64,000 bases of DNA from a virus, in IMG/VR virus record IMGVR_UViG_3300031963_014654, positions 6,502 to 70,501 of that record. One strand, written 5' to 3'. Position numbers and translations under genes: made by a program. This document shows, piece by piece, positions 39,940-49,169 of this stretch (position 1 is its first letter; each line of letters starts with the position of its first letter). The notes below the pieces were generated by a model. The model was not told the DNA's origin, ran no database searches, and saw only the letters and a program-made list of their open reading frames with translations.

Positions 39940-40181
39940 TATTTGAATTTGATTTGTTTTAGATGGTCCATTAATTCTTTTTTGTTTTCGGGATTTATGT
40001 GCATATTGTGCTCGTTTCCGTTTTTATCGGTAAGGAGCATGTATTGTTGGCTTTGTTCGGAACCTTGGTCGAAGTTTAATCCAATGCGGCATTTTGGATT
40101 GCCACAAGCACATTTAACTTTTCGATTATCCAAGTTTGTTGGTGTATTTTTTAAATACACGCTGTACCATTCCATTGCCAA
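39939..40181 (-). CDS. Hypothetical protein
   Basis: 80 aa; CACGNPKC. Confidence 0.5.
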   Translation of the reverse strand: MAMEWYSVYLKNTPTNLDNRKVKCACGNPKCRIGLNFDQGSEQSQQYMLLTDKNGNEHNMHINPENKKELMDHLKQIKFK

Positions 40182-40245
40182 TTAGTATTCGGGCGATGCT
40201 GGACCATAAAGCGAAATAAGTGTTGAACGAATGTTTTGGTATGGT

Positions 40246-40515
40246 TTATTTGCGATTCCTGCCATTTTTTTTAGGTTTTTTTCTGCGTTGGTTACGTAAT
40301 TGCCTTCCTGTTGGTTGTATTTTATTTTCTACCAAATAGGTTGCACTATAATTATGAATTATTATTGGTGGTGGTCCAAAAACGTTGGTGATGCTTTTTT
40401 CTTCCGGTTCATGTTCGTTTTTTATAATTACCGTTGTTGTTTTTTCTGGAACGGTTGTTTGTGCAAAAATTGGAGCACTTGCGCCAATTATTAATATTTT
40501 ACTTCTTTTTGACAT
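40246..40515 (-). CDS. Hypothetical basic protein
   Basis: 89-aa ORF. Confidence 0.5.
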   Translation of the reverse strand: MSKRSKILIIGASAPIFAQTTVPEKTTTVIIKNEHEPEEKSITNVFGPPPIIIHNYSATYLVENKIQPTGRQLRNQRRKKPKKNGRNRK

Positions 40516-40520
40516 TTTAT

Positions 40521-41444
40521 TTAATATTGATTAATCAAATTTAATGCTTTTTGTAATTCGGATGCATAATTTTGGTAATAATTGCCAATTGCGGAGCAAT
40601 ATTGCTCAATTGGTTTACCATCTTGGTTCCATTCGCCATGATCATCGCTTCGCCAGGTTCCATCATTATTTATTACAAAATGGCTAAAATGATTAAACAC
40701 TAATGGTTTTGATGCTTCGCCAAATTTATGTACACGATTGTTATTATCAAAATGATAACGTGTAAAATTCCATGGTGCTCCATGCAAAATATCGGTATCT
40801 CTATCAAATACACATACGTTTTTTGCGCCAAACAGCGGAATAAACAGGTCTAAATACTTTTGATCGCCACAAGTGCCGTATTTTTCGTAATACTTGTTTT
40901 TAGGGTTTAATAACCAATTTTTCCAATGGTCGCTTATGATTGCTCCATCTATATCGTTACGGAAAAATACACAACCTACATTAAATTCGCCTACATTATT
41001 TGTATCTGGATTGTAGGATTCGAATTGATGTGTATGTATTCCTACCGAAAAAATAGCACATGCATCGAATATTAATTGCGGTGGATGGTAAAAATACAAA
41101 TCGGCATCGCAATAGAGTAATTCGCCTTTGCGTGGAATTTCGTTACGTAGTAACCAATTGATAAAATAAGGTGTTAAGGTCCAACAAAATTGGCTGTATG
41201 AATTACCATATTGGCTTGCTGGATTGTTGCGTGCCAATGATAATTCTTTGTTTTGCTGCTCTAAATTTGCTAAACTTATTGGTGCAAGGGATGGTAAACC
41301 AAGTTTACACAATGTTGTGTATGTTGAATCGTCTGTGCAAAGATAAAACAATTTAAAATTGGGATCCAATGCAGCAATTGAGTTGTACAATGCAATACCT
41401 TTTGCAAGGTAGTTTATATCGGAATGGGTGCAATAGTAGTTCAT
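40521..41444 (-). CDS. Glycosyltransferase (GT-A fold)
   Basis: YCT..D.NYL.KG.AL..S, YCDADLYF, FNVG, GDQKYLD, APWN, FNHFS. Confidence 0.85.
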   Translation of the reverse strand: MNYYCTHSDINYLAKGIALYNSIAALDPNFKLFYLCTDDSTYTTLCKLGLPSLAPISLANLEQQNKELSLARNNPASQYGNSYSQFCWTLTPYFINWLLRNEIPRKGELLYCDADLYFYHPPQLIFDACAIFSVGIHTHQFESYNPDTNNVGEFNVGCVFFRNDIDGAIISDHWKNWLLNPKNKYYEKYGTCGDQKYLDLFIPLFGAKNVCVFDRDTDILHGAPWNFTRYHFDNNNRVHKFGEASKPLVFNHFSHFVINNDGTWRSDDHGEWNQDGKPIEQYCSAIGNYYQNYASELQKALNLINQY

Positions 41445-41459
41445 TATGGTTGTTGGTTG

Positions 41460-41840
41460 TTAGGAATTATAAACGTTTTGATTTAATATTTCTGATTTTA
41501 AAGCATTATGATAATTATCACAAATAAGGAATCCAAGATCGGTACGGTATATTCGTAAATATTTTAAATTCCAATTTTCCCCATATCCTGTTAATTGAAA
41601 AAATCGCCATTCTTTATCTGCTCCACCAGAATCTACAAAATATCTATCAAGAAGTTGTTTCAATTGTTCTAATGTATGGAAAAAGTGGGGATATTTTTTA
41701 ATTAATTCCCAATCTTCGTGATTTTCTGTTTGAAAATTATATCCTGCATGAAAATCGCGTGTATCGATATTGAATCGGTTGTTTTTAGGGCAATTAAAAT
41801 CTAATTCTTTGTAAAATACCCATTCGTCTTTTTCTTCCAT
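41460..41840 (-). CDS. Hypothetical protein
   Basis: 126-aa ORF. Confidence 0.55.
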   Translation of the reverse strand: MEEKDEWVFYKELDFNCPKNNRFNIDTRDFHAGYNFQTENHEDWELIKKYPHFFHTLEQLKQLLDRYFVDSGGADKEWRFFQLTGYGENWNLKYLRIYRTDLGFLICDNYHNALKSEILNQNVYNS

Positions 41841-41843
41841 TTC

Positions 41844-42236
41844 TTAAATATTTACAGTTACAATTTTGTGATAGCCTCTTATTCTGTTAAAAAATGATTT
41901 TAAGCTCGGTTTTGGGTTTATGTATTGGTCTGCTCCCCATTCGTTATAAAAAATATCCAGCATTTGAATAATTCCTTCTCTTGAATTACGTTGTTCTACT
42001 ATATTATCCTTCCAATTTACATAAGAAAAAATGCTTTCGGAGCAAATAATAATTCCATACTTATCGTTATCAAATTCAAAACAATTGTATTGTCCTAAAT
42101 ATGGGCATGTAACAATACGAACGCGATTGCCTTTGTGCAAATTATTGATAAATGCAAATCGAGCATTGTTAATTATCCATTCTATTGTTTGGCTTTGCGA
42201 CCACAAATAGGATTGCTGAAATTTTATTTGTTTCAT
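41844..42236 (-). CDS. Hypothetical protein
   Basis: Likely start MKQIKF at 42236. Confidence 0.5.
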   Translation of the reverse strand: MKQIKFQQSYLWSQSQTIEWIINNARFAFINNLHKGNRVRIVTCPYLGQYNCFEFDNDKYGIIICSESIFSYVNWKDNIVEQRNSREGIIQMLDIFYNEWGADQYINPKPSLKSFFNRIRGYHKIVTVNI

Positions 42237-42237
42237 G

Positions 42238-42507
42238 TTATTCAAAAATATTTTTACTATGTGGTGAGTGAACAAAATTTTCGGCTGCTTTTTTTAACCA
42301 AGCATCTGTACGCCTTATTTCCTCCAATAATAGTTGTTTTTTGTATGCCGATGGTGGATTTCCTTTATCGTCTTTACCATAAAGGAAATAATCCATCAAT
42401 CGGTTTTTATAATCGCCAATATCCAACAAATCCTGTTGGTATATTGGCTTTGTATGGTGCTTTTTTACAAATGTAAAAAAAGGTAATGATTTATTCAATT
42501 CTCCCAT
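42238..42507 (-). CDS. Hypothetical protein
   Basis: 89-aa ORF. Confidence 0.55.
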   Translation of the reverse strand: MGELNKSLPFFTFVKKHHTKPIYQQDLLDIGDYKNRLMDYFLYGKDDKGNPPSAYKKQLLLEEIRRTDAWLKKAAENFVHSPHSKNIFE

Positions 42508-42518
42508 TTTTATTGAAT

Positions 42519-42815
42519 TTAATCGTTTAATAATTTATCGGTAAAGGCTTTATCGTTACCAAGGTAATTTACCCAATATCCGGATTGACCTTGTAATGCA
42601 AACTTTTTACGAACTTCATCGGATGAAGTATAGCATATTGGCCGCATTTCGGATTGTGTGCCTTGATATATCACCACTAAGTTTTTTTTAATGATTGCTA
42701 TCACAAAAAGCAAATCGCGGTTTTCGGCAAACATATCACCTTCCTTTAGTTCGGCAAAGGCATGGTTTGTATCCAATTGGTTTTTCTGAAAAGGATGTAC
42801 TGTTGATGCTTCCAT
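42519..42815 (-). CDS. Hypothetical protein
   Basis: 98-aa ORF. Confidence 0.55.
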   Translation of the reverse strand: MEASTVHPFQKNQLDTNHAFAELKEGDMFAENRDLLFVIAIIKKNLVVIYQGTQSEMRPICYTSSDEVRKKFALQGQSGYWVNYLGNDKAFTDKLLND

Positions 42816-42832
42816 TTTTTATGATTTATTGG

Positions 42833-43039
42833 TTAAATAAATTGTTTACGGTACAATTGCAAGCCATTTGTATCGATTGACATACCACATTTTTTGGTAA
42901 GATAATCTAACTTGCCCCAGCTTTTATTACCAAGTGGTTCGGCTTTGGTTAAATCGATTGCGCCTGTATTGGAAAAGTTTACTTTTTTTGCAGCAAGTGA
43001 TCTTATTGCTTTGTCGGGATTTAGTTCGCGTCCTTTCAT
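42833..43039 (-). CDS. Hypothetical protein
   Basis: 68 aa; LGNKSWGKLDYL motif. Confidence 0.55.
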   Translation of the reverse strand: MKGRELNPDKAIRSLAAKKVNFSNTGAIDLTKAEPLGNKSWGKLDYLTKKCGMSIDTNGLQLYRKQFI

Positions 43040-43045
43040 AAATTA

Positions 43046-43222
43046 TTAGTTGTTTTTTAAAATTGGTTGATTACCTGTTAAAATTGCTTTGTCGGACTTG
43101 TTTCCAACCCATTGATAGCCATCTTTATAGCTTACTTTGTGATTATCTTCGTATCCTTTACGAAGTAATGGTGTGGCTACTTGTGCGCAAGCAATACGCT
43201 GCTGAACTGAATTTTTGCTCAT
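43046..43222 (-). CDS. 58-aa hypothetical protein (not in track)
   Basis: MSKNSVQQRIACAQVATPLLRKGYED.. fills the gap between neighbours. Confidence 0.45.
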   Translation of the reverse strand: MSKNSVQQRIACAQVATPLLRKGYEDNHKVSYKDGYQWVGNKSDKAILTGNQPILKNN

Positions 43223-43271
43223 AAATGTTTTTTTAGTTTTGTTTTATGTTTTTACGAATATAGAACTTATC

Positions 43272-43466
43272 TTATGACTTTTGAAGAAATTTTATTTTCT
43301 TTTTTTCACCAATCATTGAATTATAGTCTAATTCAACTTTTAATGAATTAATTATTTTACCTGCCGTATTTGCAAGCTCTTTACCCATTTTCAAATCCAT
43401 TTTTTTTGTTTTCATTTGCTCATAATTATCAAGCAAACTAACTCTTAATTCTTCGATGTTTTGCAT
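43272..43466 (-). CDS. Small helical phage protein
   Basis: NIEELR..KELANTAGKIINSLKVELDY. Confidence 0.65.
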   Translation of the reverse strand: MQNIEELRVSLLDNYEQMKTKKMDLKMGKELANTAGKIINSLKVELDYNSMIGEKKKIKFLQKS

Positions 43467-44035
43467 AGTCTTTTTGTTTGGATTAATATTCTTTTAATTT
43501 CTAATAATTCTGGATTCTCCTTCAATTGATCCACGGTATATCCGTTTTTTTCCCTTAATAATTTACTTACATACCTATCCGCAATTTGCTCCCTTTTCGT
43601 CTTTTCTTTTTTGCTATCCCTTAAATTTATTTTTGCTCTGTTTTTTTTATTATAATCTTGATATGTTTTTTTGTTTTTGATATAATCATTTTTATTCCAT
43701 ACTTCGTTTTTTTGTTTCTTTTTACATGTAGGGCAATATTTAGCAATCAATATCCTATCAAACAATGAAGTTCCGCATCTCTTGCATAGGTTTTTAGCTT
43801 TTTTTTCTAAAATAATTTTTTCCTTTTTTTCACGATTTTCTTCTGCATTTTTAGAATGCCATATTTTAGAATTGTTACGATACCTTTTTAACTTTTCTGG
43901 ATTATTTAATAGCCAAATTTTATGATTAGCATATACGCATGATTTACAGCTACTTGTGTATTTCCCTTTTTTAATTTGAAATTCGGATATTTCTTTTTTA
44001 TCATTGCATTTAGTGCAAATCTTAAATTCAACCAT
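43445..44035 (-). CDS. Basic Zn-finger protein (homing-endonuclease-like N-terminus)
   Basis: KICTKC..KEISEF..CKSC; CKRCG..YCPTC; no clear HNH catalytic core. Confidence 0.6.
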   Translation of the reverse strand: MVEFKICTKCNDKKEISEFQIKKGKYTSSCKSCVYANHKIWLLNNPEKLKRYRNNSKIWHSKNAEENREKKEKIILEKKAKNLCKRCGTSLFDRILIAKYCPTCKKKQKNEVWNKNDYIKNKKTYQDYNKKNRAKINLRDSKKEKTKREQIADRYVSKLLREKNGYTVDQLKENPELLEIKRILIQTKRLCKTSKN

Positions 44036-44040
44036 AACGT

Positions 44041-44685
44041 TTAACCTTTATTTATGTTTTTACGAATATAGAACTTATCTCCCCAATGGCAATCGGTCAT
44101 TTTGCATTCGGCTGCTTCAAATCCATGTTCGGATAAAAAAGCATCAATTTCATGTACCAATGCACAACCTTTGTAAAGCTCCTGATCATTAACTTCGGTA
44201 TAAATGTAATTTATGTGCTTTAGGTTATTTTCCATGCCTTTTAATGCAAGCAATTCGGCACCTTGAATATCTATATTCAAAAAATCGTAATACTCCATAT
44301 CAATGCATCCATGTTCAATTATATCATCTGCGGTGATGGTAATCATTTCAATTGATTGCACATTTTGAACGGAAGGATGGTATTCCAAATGCTTATCGAG
44401 TGGCAAAAAGGATGAAGATTCGCCATTATTGTTGGTAATGTTGAATGTAACTGATTGAAGTGATTTATCACTTACACATGCTTGTATTGCAAATGCATGT
44501 GGGTTTGATTCGATGTGTTTTTGAAGTTGTTCGAAAATTTCGGGGATTGGTTCAATCCAAATTTGATTTTCAACTCCTTTATCCAGGTATTGTTGTGCCT
44601 CCTGCCCTGTATTGGCACCAATATGGAATACACCCTTGGGGCGTATTCCGTATTTATCTATAAGTGTTGCGAATGGTATAAGCAT
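44041..44685 (-). CDS. FkbM-family methyltransferase
   Basis: GVFHIGANTGQE, WIEP, SSSFL, FLNIDIQGAEL.ALKG, YTEV, WGD. Confidence 0.9.
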   Translation of the reverse strand: MLIPFATLIDKYGIRPKGVFHIGANTGQEAQQYLDKGVENQIWIEPIPEIFEQLQKHIESNPHAFAIQACVSDKSLQSVTFNITNNNGESSSFLPLDKHLEYHPSVQNVQSIEMITITADDIIEHGCIDMEYYDFLNIDIQGAELLALKGMENNLKHINYIYTEVNDQELYKGCALVHEIDAFLSEHGFEAAECKMTDCHWGDKFYIRKNINKG

Positions 44686-45083
44686 TATTTTTGCTCTCCT
44701 TTCATCATTTTTGCTGCTACAGCAAAAAATTCGCCTTTATCAATTGTAATTGATTGATTTTGGATTTCGTGCATTTTTTGTAAGATAATGTTAAAATCAC
44801 CAGAAACATTAATTTTGCAATCGTTTGCTTCGTTTAATTCAAATGATACACGTGCGGTAATTTTTGGACCGGATTGCATTTGACTTTCTCTAATTTTTTG
44901 TTCCAACTTTTCACTTTCTGCACCTGCAGTTCTACCGTGCAAATATGCTCCAATAATTTTTTTATCGGTTTCGGATGGTGCTGTTGGTTTAAATATTTTT
45001 ATTGATTTTTCTTTCGAAACACTTTTTGATTTACCTGCAGCCTTTTGGGGTGCTGTTTTTTTTGTGGTTGCTTTTTTTGCCAT
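44685..45083 (-). CDS. Hypothetical protein with basic N-terminus
   Basis: 132-aa coupled ORF. Confidence 0.55.
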   Translation of the reverse strand: MAKKATTKKTAPQKAAGKSKSVSKEKSIKIFKPTAPSETDKKIIGAYLHGRTAGAESEKLEQKIRESQMQSGPKITARVSFELNEANDCKINVSGDFNIILQKMHEIQNQSITIDKGEFFAVAAKMMKGEQK

Positions 45084-45087
45084 GATT

Positions 45088-45822
45088 TTATTTTTGTTTA
45101 TAGGTTTGAATTAATTGATTGATTTTTTCGGTATAATTTTTTGTATTGAAATGACTATTTGCATGAATGCGGTGGTCCACTAACTTTTGGTTTATGTTAG
45201 TGAATTTAGCATCGGTATAACGCATAATGCGTAGCCATAAATCATAATCTTCTATTCCATCAAGTTCGGGATTGTATGGAAATTGTTCCATTAAATTGGC
45301 ACGAATAAGTGCGCTGCAATTTACAATTGGGTTGTGGCCATTGTAGGCATCTTCTACTATTTTATCGTGCAAAAATGGGCGTGGGCGTGGATTTATTTCT
45401 ATTTCTTTGCTTTGTGCATCAATATAATAACAATCGGTACCAATAACATCGTATGCATTGGCGTATTTTAATTGTTCTTCCAGCTTTGTTGGATGCCATA
45501 CATCATCTGCATCTTGGATTGCAAACCATTGTGCTTTTGGAAGCGAATATAAATTTTCTGAATATTGTAGTAGCAAATTAGATATAAAATTTAATGCATC
45601 TGATTTATTATCACAAGTTCCCATTGTAAAATCTTTAATTTTACCTGGATTATTTAAACGATATTCATCAACAATTTTTTGAGTATTGTCGGTGCATCCG
45701 TTTAACGCAACAATAAGATTAAAATTTTGGTGGGTTTGGTTTAGAACGCTTTCAATAGCTTGCCTAATGTAGCGTTCGCCATTACGAACCGCTAAAAGCA
45801 CATATACATGATTATTTCCCAT
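45088..45822 (-). CDS. Glycosyltransferase family 2
   Basis: VRNGERYI..AIESVLNQT, GCTDNT, IQDADD..KLE.Q, EDYDLWLR; likely start MGNNH at 45822. Confidence 0.9.
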   Translation of the reverse strand: MGNNHVYVLLAVRNGERYIRQAIESVLNQTHQNFNLIVALNGCTDNTQKIVDEYRLNNPGKIKDFTMGTCDNKSDALNFISNLLLQYSENLYSLPKAQWFAIQDADDVWHPTKLEEQLKYANAYDVIGTDCYYIDAQSKEIEINPRPRPFLHDKIVEDAYNGHNPIVNCSALIRANLMEQFPYNPELDGIEDYDLWLRIMRYTDAKFTNINQKLVDHRIHANSHFNTKNYTEKINQLIQTYKQK

Positions 45823-45907
45823 TTTTTGTTTGTAAATTTTAGGCAATATTAAACCTTTATTTGTAATATGCAAACTTTATTTTAATTTACTTATTAACAA
45901 TTAAATG

Positions 45908-46696
45908 TTAATTACGGTAATAATTGGTTCCTTTTGCTGCTTTATCTTTATCTACAAATATAATTTTGGGCGTAAATGGTGGTTCTATTGCCCAACGCTG
46001 TTTAATGTATTCTTGGTTTTCCATCCAAAGTTCGTACATGTATGGGTTAAGTTTACCAGGTTCGTGCTCGCAATAATGGTAGGTTGGTGGTAGAATTTTC
46101 ACCAAAGGTTCATTATTACACACAAATTTATTAATTGCTGATTCATCGTGCCAAATTGGTGTAATTCCAGCAAATTTATCGTTTTGAATGTATAAAAACA
46201 TTAATGCGCACATAGCTTTAAAATTATACGTTTGACCTCCATAAAATCCGCCTCCTACATAGATTGTTGGCTTGTGAGCAAAGCATGATGAATTGGCGTT
46301 TGTTTCGAATGGTGCTGCATCTGTTCTGTTTATGTATGCGCCATGTGCAACACAAACAATATGGTGCTTACATATTAAAGGAGTGATTTCGGAAGCAAAA
46401 TAAGCATCGGCATCTATTGCAAAACAATGTGTAAATTTTTCGTAGTGATTAAAATCGGAAAGGTATTTTGAATAAAAATACGAACGCCACATGGATGCTT
46501 CTGGGAATGGCTTATGCTCTACTTCGATGTATTCAATATCTCTTTTTGTTTCGGGCAAAGGTGTTGCTATATCGGAAACAAATATAACGTAAACAACTTC
46601 CTGCTGTGGCAAAAAATATTGATCGGCCGATTCGATTAATTTTGGAAGAAACTCGGTGTATTTGCCGGTTGCTGTAATAAATAGTGCTATTTTCAT
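45908..46696 (-). CDS. Family 6 glycosyltransferase (ABO/alpha-1,3-Gal(NAc)T-like)
   Basis: IALFITATGKY..F, FAIDAD, PFE, YVGGGFYGG, WHDESAINK. Confidence 0.85.
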   Translation of the reverse strand: MKIALFITATGKYTEFLPKLIESADQYFLPQQEVVYVIFVSDIATPLPETKRDIEYIEVEHKPFPEASMWRSYFYSKYLSDFNHYEKFTHCFAIDADAYFASEITPLICKHHIVCVAHGAYINRTDAAPFETNANSSCFAHKPTIYVGGGFYGGQTYNFKAMCALMFLYIQNDKFAGITPIWHDESAINKFVCNNEPLVKILPPTYHYCEHEPGKLNPYMYELWMENQEYIKQRWAIEPPFTPKIIFVDKDKAAKGTNYYRN

Positions 46697-47253
46697 TTTA
46701 TTAAAGAAAGTGTTTTTGGTATTCCGTTTTTAAAAAAGAATGTAGTAGTCCAACCTGTATAAGTAAATCCGTATTTGTCGGGTTCGTGTTGGTATGTTTC
46801 TATTCGTTGAAAACTATTCATTAAATTTTTTCCTGGTGCATAATACTCGCGTTCGGAATTATCCAATATTAAAACTCCATTTTTGGCTAAATATGGCAAT
46901 GCGGATTGAATACATGCTGCACGATTGCGCCCATCTACCAAAATAATATCGTATTTATCCCCAATTTTAGCTGCTTCGGCAATAGCATCGTGGTAAGATT
47001 GCTCCCTGCGCATTAACATACCATCTTGAGGCTTTGCTAAAAAACTTTTAGCTTGTTTGGTAATCTCATCCCACCATTGTGTATCGTGCTCCACAGAATG
47101 CAGCACTTTTACATTTTTTTGCTTTAAAAACCAAATGGTGCTTGCTCCCATTCCGTATTCGAAAATACGCAAATCTTTGCCATTATCAATTATTTTTTGA
47201 AGTATTCGATTAGCTTCTTCGGTAAGCCATGGTTCGGTGCGTAGTTGGTCCAT
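46693..47253 (-). CDS. Class I SAM-dependent methyltransferase
   Basis: PWLT, IFEYGMGASTIW, SVEHD..W, YDIILVDGRNR, GVLILDNS. Confidence 0.85.
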   Translation of the reverse strand: MDQLRTEPWLTEEANRILQKIIDNGKDLRIFEYGMGASTIWFLKQKNVKVLHSVEHDTQWWDEITKQAKSFLAKPQDGMLMRREQSYHDAIAEAAKIGDKYDIILVDGRNRAACIQSALPYLAKNGVLILDNSEREYYAPGKNLMNSFQRIETYQHEPDKYGFTYTGWTTTFFFKNGIPKTLSLIK

Positions 47254-48091
47254 TTGAGTTTAAATTTATATGTGATATTGGAGTTTGTATTTTGCTAATT
47301 GTATTGTGGCTCAAATGTAAGTAAATATTTGTTGTTTTTACATTGTTGTGCCCTAATAATCGTTGTATTAAATTAATATCTGTACCATATTCTACCATGT
47401 GCGTAGCACTTGTGTGGCGAATAAGGTGAGCATATATTCGCTTATTGCAAATTCCGGCTTTATCGGCCAATTGTTTTAAAACTTGGTTTACGCTGCTTTC
47501 GGTATATTGAATATCAAATTGGCCATTTAACACATACGTTTGGGATTTGTATTGATAATAATATGTTTCCAACAATTTTATTAAATCGGGATCAAGTGGA
47601 ACTTGCCTATCTTTTTTGCCTTTTGCTTGAATGATATTTATTATCATTCTACTACGATCAATGTGTTGCCATTTAAGGTTTATTAATTCGGAAACACGTA
47701 AGCTGCAGGAGTAAAGTAGCGATAATATTACTTTGTGCTTTAGGTTTGCACATACATCAAACATTTTTTGTATTTCCTGTACCGACAAAACGATTGGTAA
47801 TTTTTTGTCTTTTTTAGAAAAAGGAATTTTTTCTAATTTAATGGGCATTCCAACTGTTATTGAATAAAAGGATTTTATTGCACATAGTTTATGGTTACGT
47901 GTATTTATTGTTGGAAACGTTAATAGCCATTCTTTAATTTTTTGCGTTGAAATTGCTTTTGGCTCTGTTTCGCTGCTAAAATATTTTAAGAATGTTCCAA
48001 CCGAACACAAATAGTTTTCTTGCGTTCGCTCACTTGGATATTTTAACTTACAATCTGTCGAATATTTATCATACCATTTTCGAAATTCCAT
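47210..48091 (-). CDS. Tyrosine recombinase (candidate non-canonical integron integrase)
   Basis: Intact R-K-HxxR-H-Y set: LRVSE, AKGKKDR, HLIRH, LLGH, TNIY; N-terminal SAM-like YPSERTQENY. Confidence 0.92.
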   Translation of the reverse strand: MEFRKWYDKYSTDCKLKYPSERTQENYLCSVGTFLKYFSSETEPKAISTQKIKEWLLTFPTINTRNHKLCAIKSFYSITVGMPIKLEKIPFSKKDKKLPIVLSVQEIQKMFDVCANLKHKVILSLLYSCSLRVSELINLKWQHIDRSRMIINIIQAKGKKDRQVPLDPDLIKLLETYYYQYKSQTYVLNGQFDIQYTESSVNQVLKQLADKAGICNKRIYAHLIRHTSATHMVEYGTDINLIQRLLGHNNVKTTNIYLHLSHNTISKIQTPISHINLNSNGPTTHRTMAYRRS

Positions 48092-48130
48092 TTTGGACCT
48101 CCTTGTTTTATTGTTGTTTTAGACTGTTTT

Positions 48131-48150
48131 ATCTATATAGTAGTTAGGTG
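48131..48150 (+). other. attI-like primary recombination site (G|TTAGGTG at 48143)
   Basis: GTT core about 50 bp upstream of the recombinase start; the sequence after it is the reverse complement of CACCTAAC at the other end of cassette 1. Confidence 0.6.
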
Positions 48151-48181
48151 CAAGTTTTAAAACCCTACCCACCTGTGTTTA

Positions 48182-49042
48182 TCAAACTAAGTGGTTAAAA
48201 ATGTGTTCTATTACAGGTACAGTCCATCCGTTTCCTAGTAAATGGTATCTTTTACCACTTGCCACACCATTTGTATAATCTAAAGTAACCCCTTGTAATA
48301 TCTCACACTCATTTTCTGTTAATTTTCTAAGCCCTTTTTTCATCTTAACTATATTAGTAGCTGACCTATCGCATCTAAACGAATGTGGTGTTATGCAATT
48401 AGCTCTATTGTATTTTATTGATTTATTATAAAAATCAACAACTTCAATAGTATTTCCACTTTCTAAATATCTACAATTATCGTAATGTTTTATCTGATGT
48501 TCTTTACAGTAATATTTTTCATCTACATTTTCTAACAATACATTATCTATATAATATTGCTTAGTTATTATGTTTTCTAAAGGAATATTTGTCCAATAAT
48601 ATCTTTCTCTATTTTGTGCGGTAAAATTATTTGAATTTATTAAAACGCCTTTTACTCCTAAAAAATTATCTAAATCCAATTTACTTTTTTCTTTCATTTT
48701 TACATTTTCTAATAAAAAGTATTTAGGATTAGTTTCTTTTAAAATTCTTAGGTATTCATAAAATAGTTTTGATTTATCACCGTCTAATTCCTTACGTTCA
48801 AATTTTAAACTTGAAAAATCCTGACAGGGTGAGCCTCCAATAAGTAAATCAATTTTAGGTAAATCAATTGACTTTACATCAATAACGCTTCCGATATGTT
48901 TTGTATTTGGATAGTTTTTTTTAGTTATGAAAATAGCATCTTTATCAATTTCACTCGCAAAATAATTATCTACTTTGATTCCTAAATTATTTAAAGCTAT
49001 TTGTCCACAACTCATTCCATCAAATAAACTAAGTACATTCAT
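48182..49042 (-). CDS. C5-cytosine DNA methyltransferase (cassette 1)
   Basis: SLFDGMSCG, GGSPCQ, LLENV, QNRERYYW, LGNGW. Confidence 0.92.
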   Translation of the reverse strand: MNVLSLFDGMSCGQIALNNLGIKVDNYFASEIDKDAIFITKKNYPNTKHIGSVIDVKSIDLPKIDLLIGGSPCQDFSSLKFERKELDGDKSKLFYEYLRILKETNPKYFLLENVKMKEKSKLDLDNFLGVKGVLINSNNFTAQNRERYYWTNIPLENIITKQYYIDNVLLENVDEKYYCKEHQIKHYDNCRYLESGNTIEVVDFYNKSIKYNRANCITPHSFRCDRSATNIVKMKKGLRKLTENECEILQGVTLDYTNGVASGKRYHLLGNGWTVPVIEHIFNHLV

Positions 49043-49106
49043 TTTGTTTTAATTTTAAATTATATGTTTTACATTCCAATTTGCACTCCTTCGTTTTAAA
49101 ACCAGA

Positions 49107-49163
49107 CACCTAACCGCACCTAATAAACAGCAAGCCGATTTATTAGCTGCAAACCGTTAGCAG
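49107..49163 (+). repeat. attC-like site 1
   Basis: CACCTAAC..gcacctaataaa/tttattagctgc..aaaccGTTAGCAG. Confidence 0.75.
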
Positions 49164-49169
49164 AAAGCA

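Larger units (their letters stand above)
43243..44080. mobile_element. Two-gene insertion bracketed by a perfect 30-bp direct repeat
   Basis: tttatgtttttacgaatatagaacttatct at 43243-43272 and 44051-44080; the repeat is the 3' coding end of the FkbM gene. Confidence 0.65.

Noticed and set aside
33454-41458. Shared 12-mer tggttgttggtt upstream of two glycan-related genes (33454, 41447)
   Set aside because: Low-complexity A/C-rich leader on the minus strand; two copies cannot be told from chance
43445-44035. Calling this ORF an HNH homing endonuclease
   Set aside because: Zn-finger N-terminus is present but no HNH catalytic motif is visible
23404-46696. Bacterial capsule or O-antigen locus
   Set aside because: No wzx/wzy/wzz, transporter or nucleotide-sugar genes; the GTs are interleaved with typical phage ORFs
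47210-48091. Recombinase as a prophage integrase using the tRNA at 8950-9022 as att
   Set aside because: No tRNA-derived duplication or host-virus junction is visible and the tRNA is 38 kb away; not fully excluded
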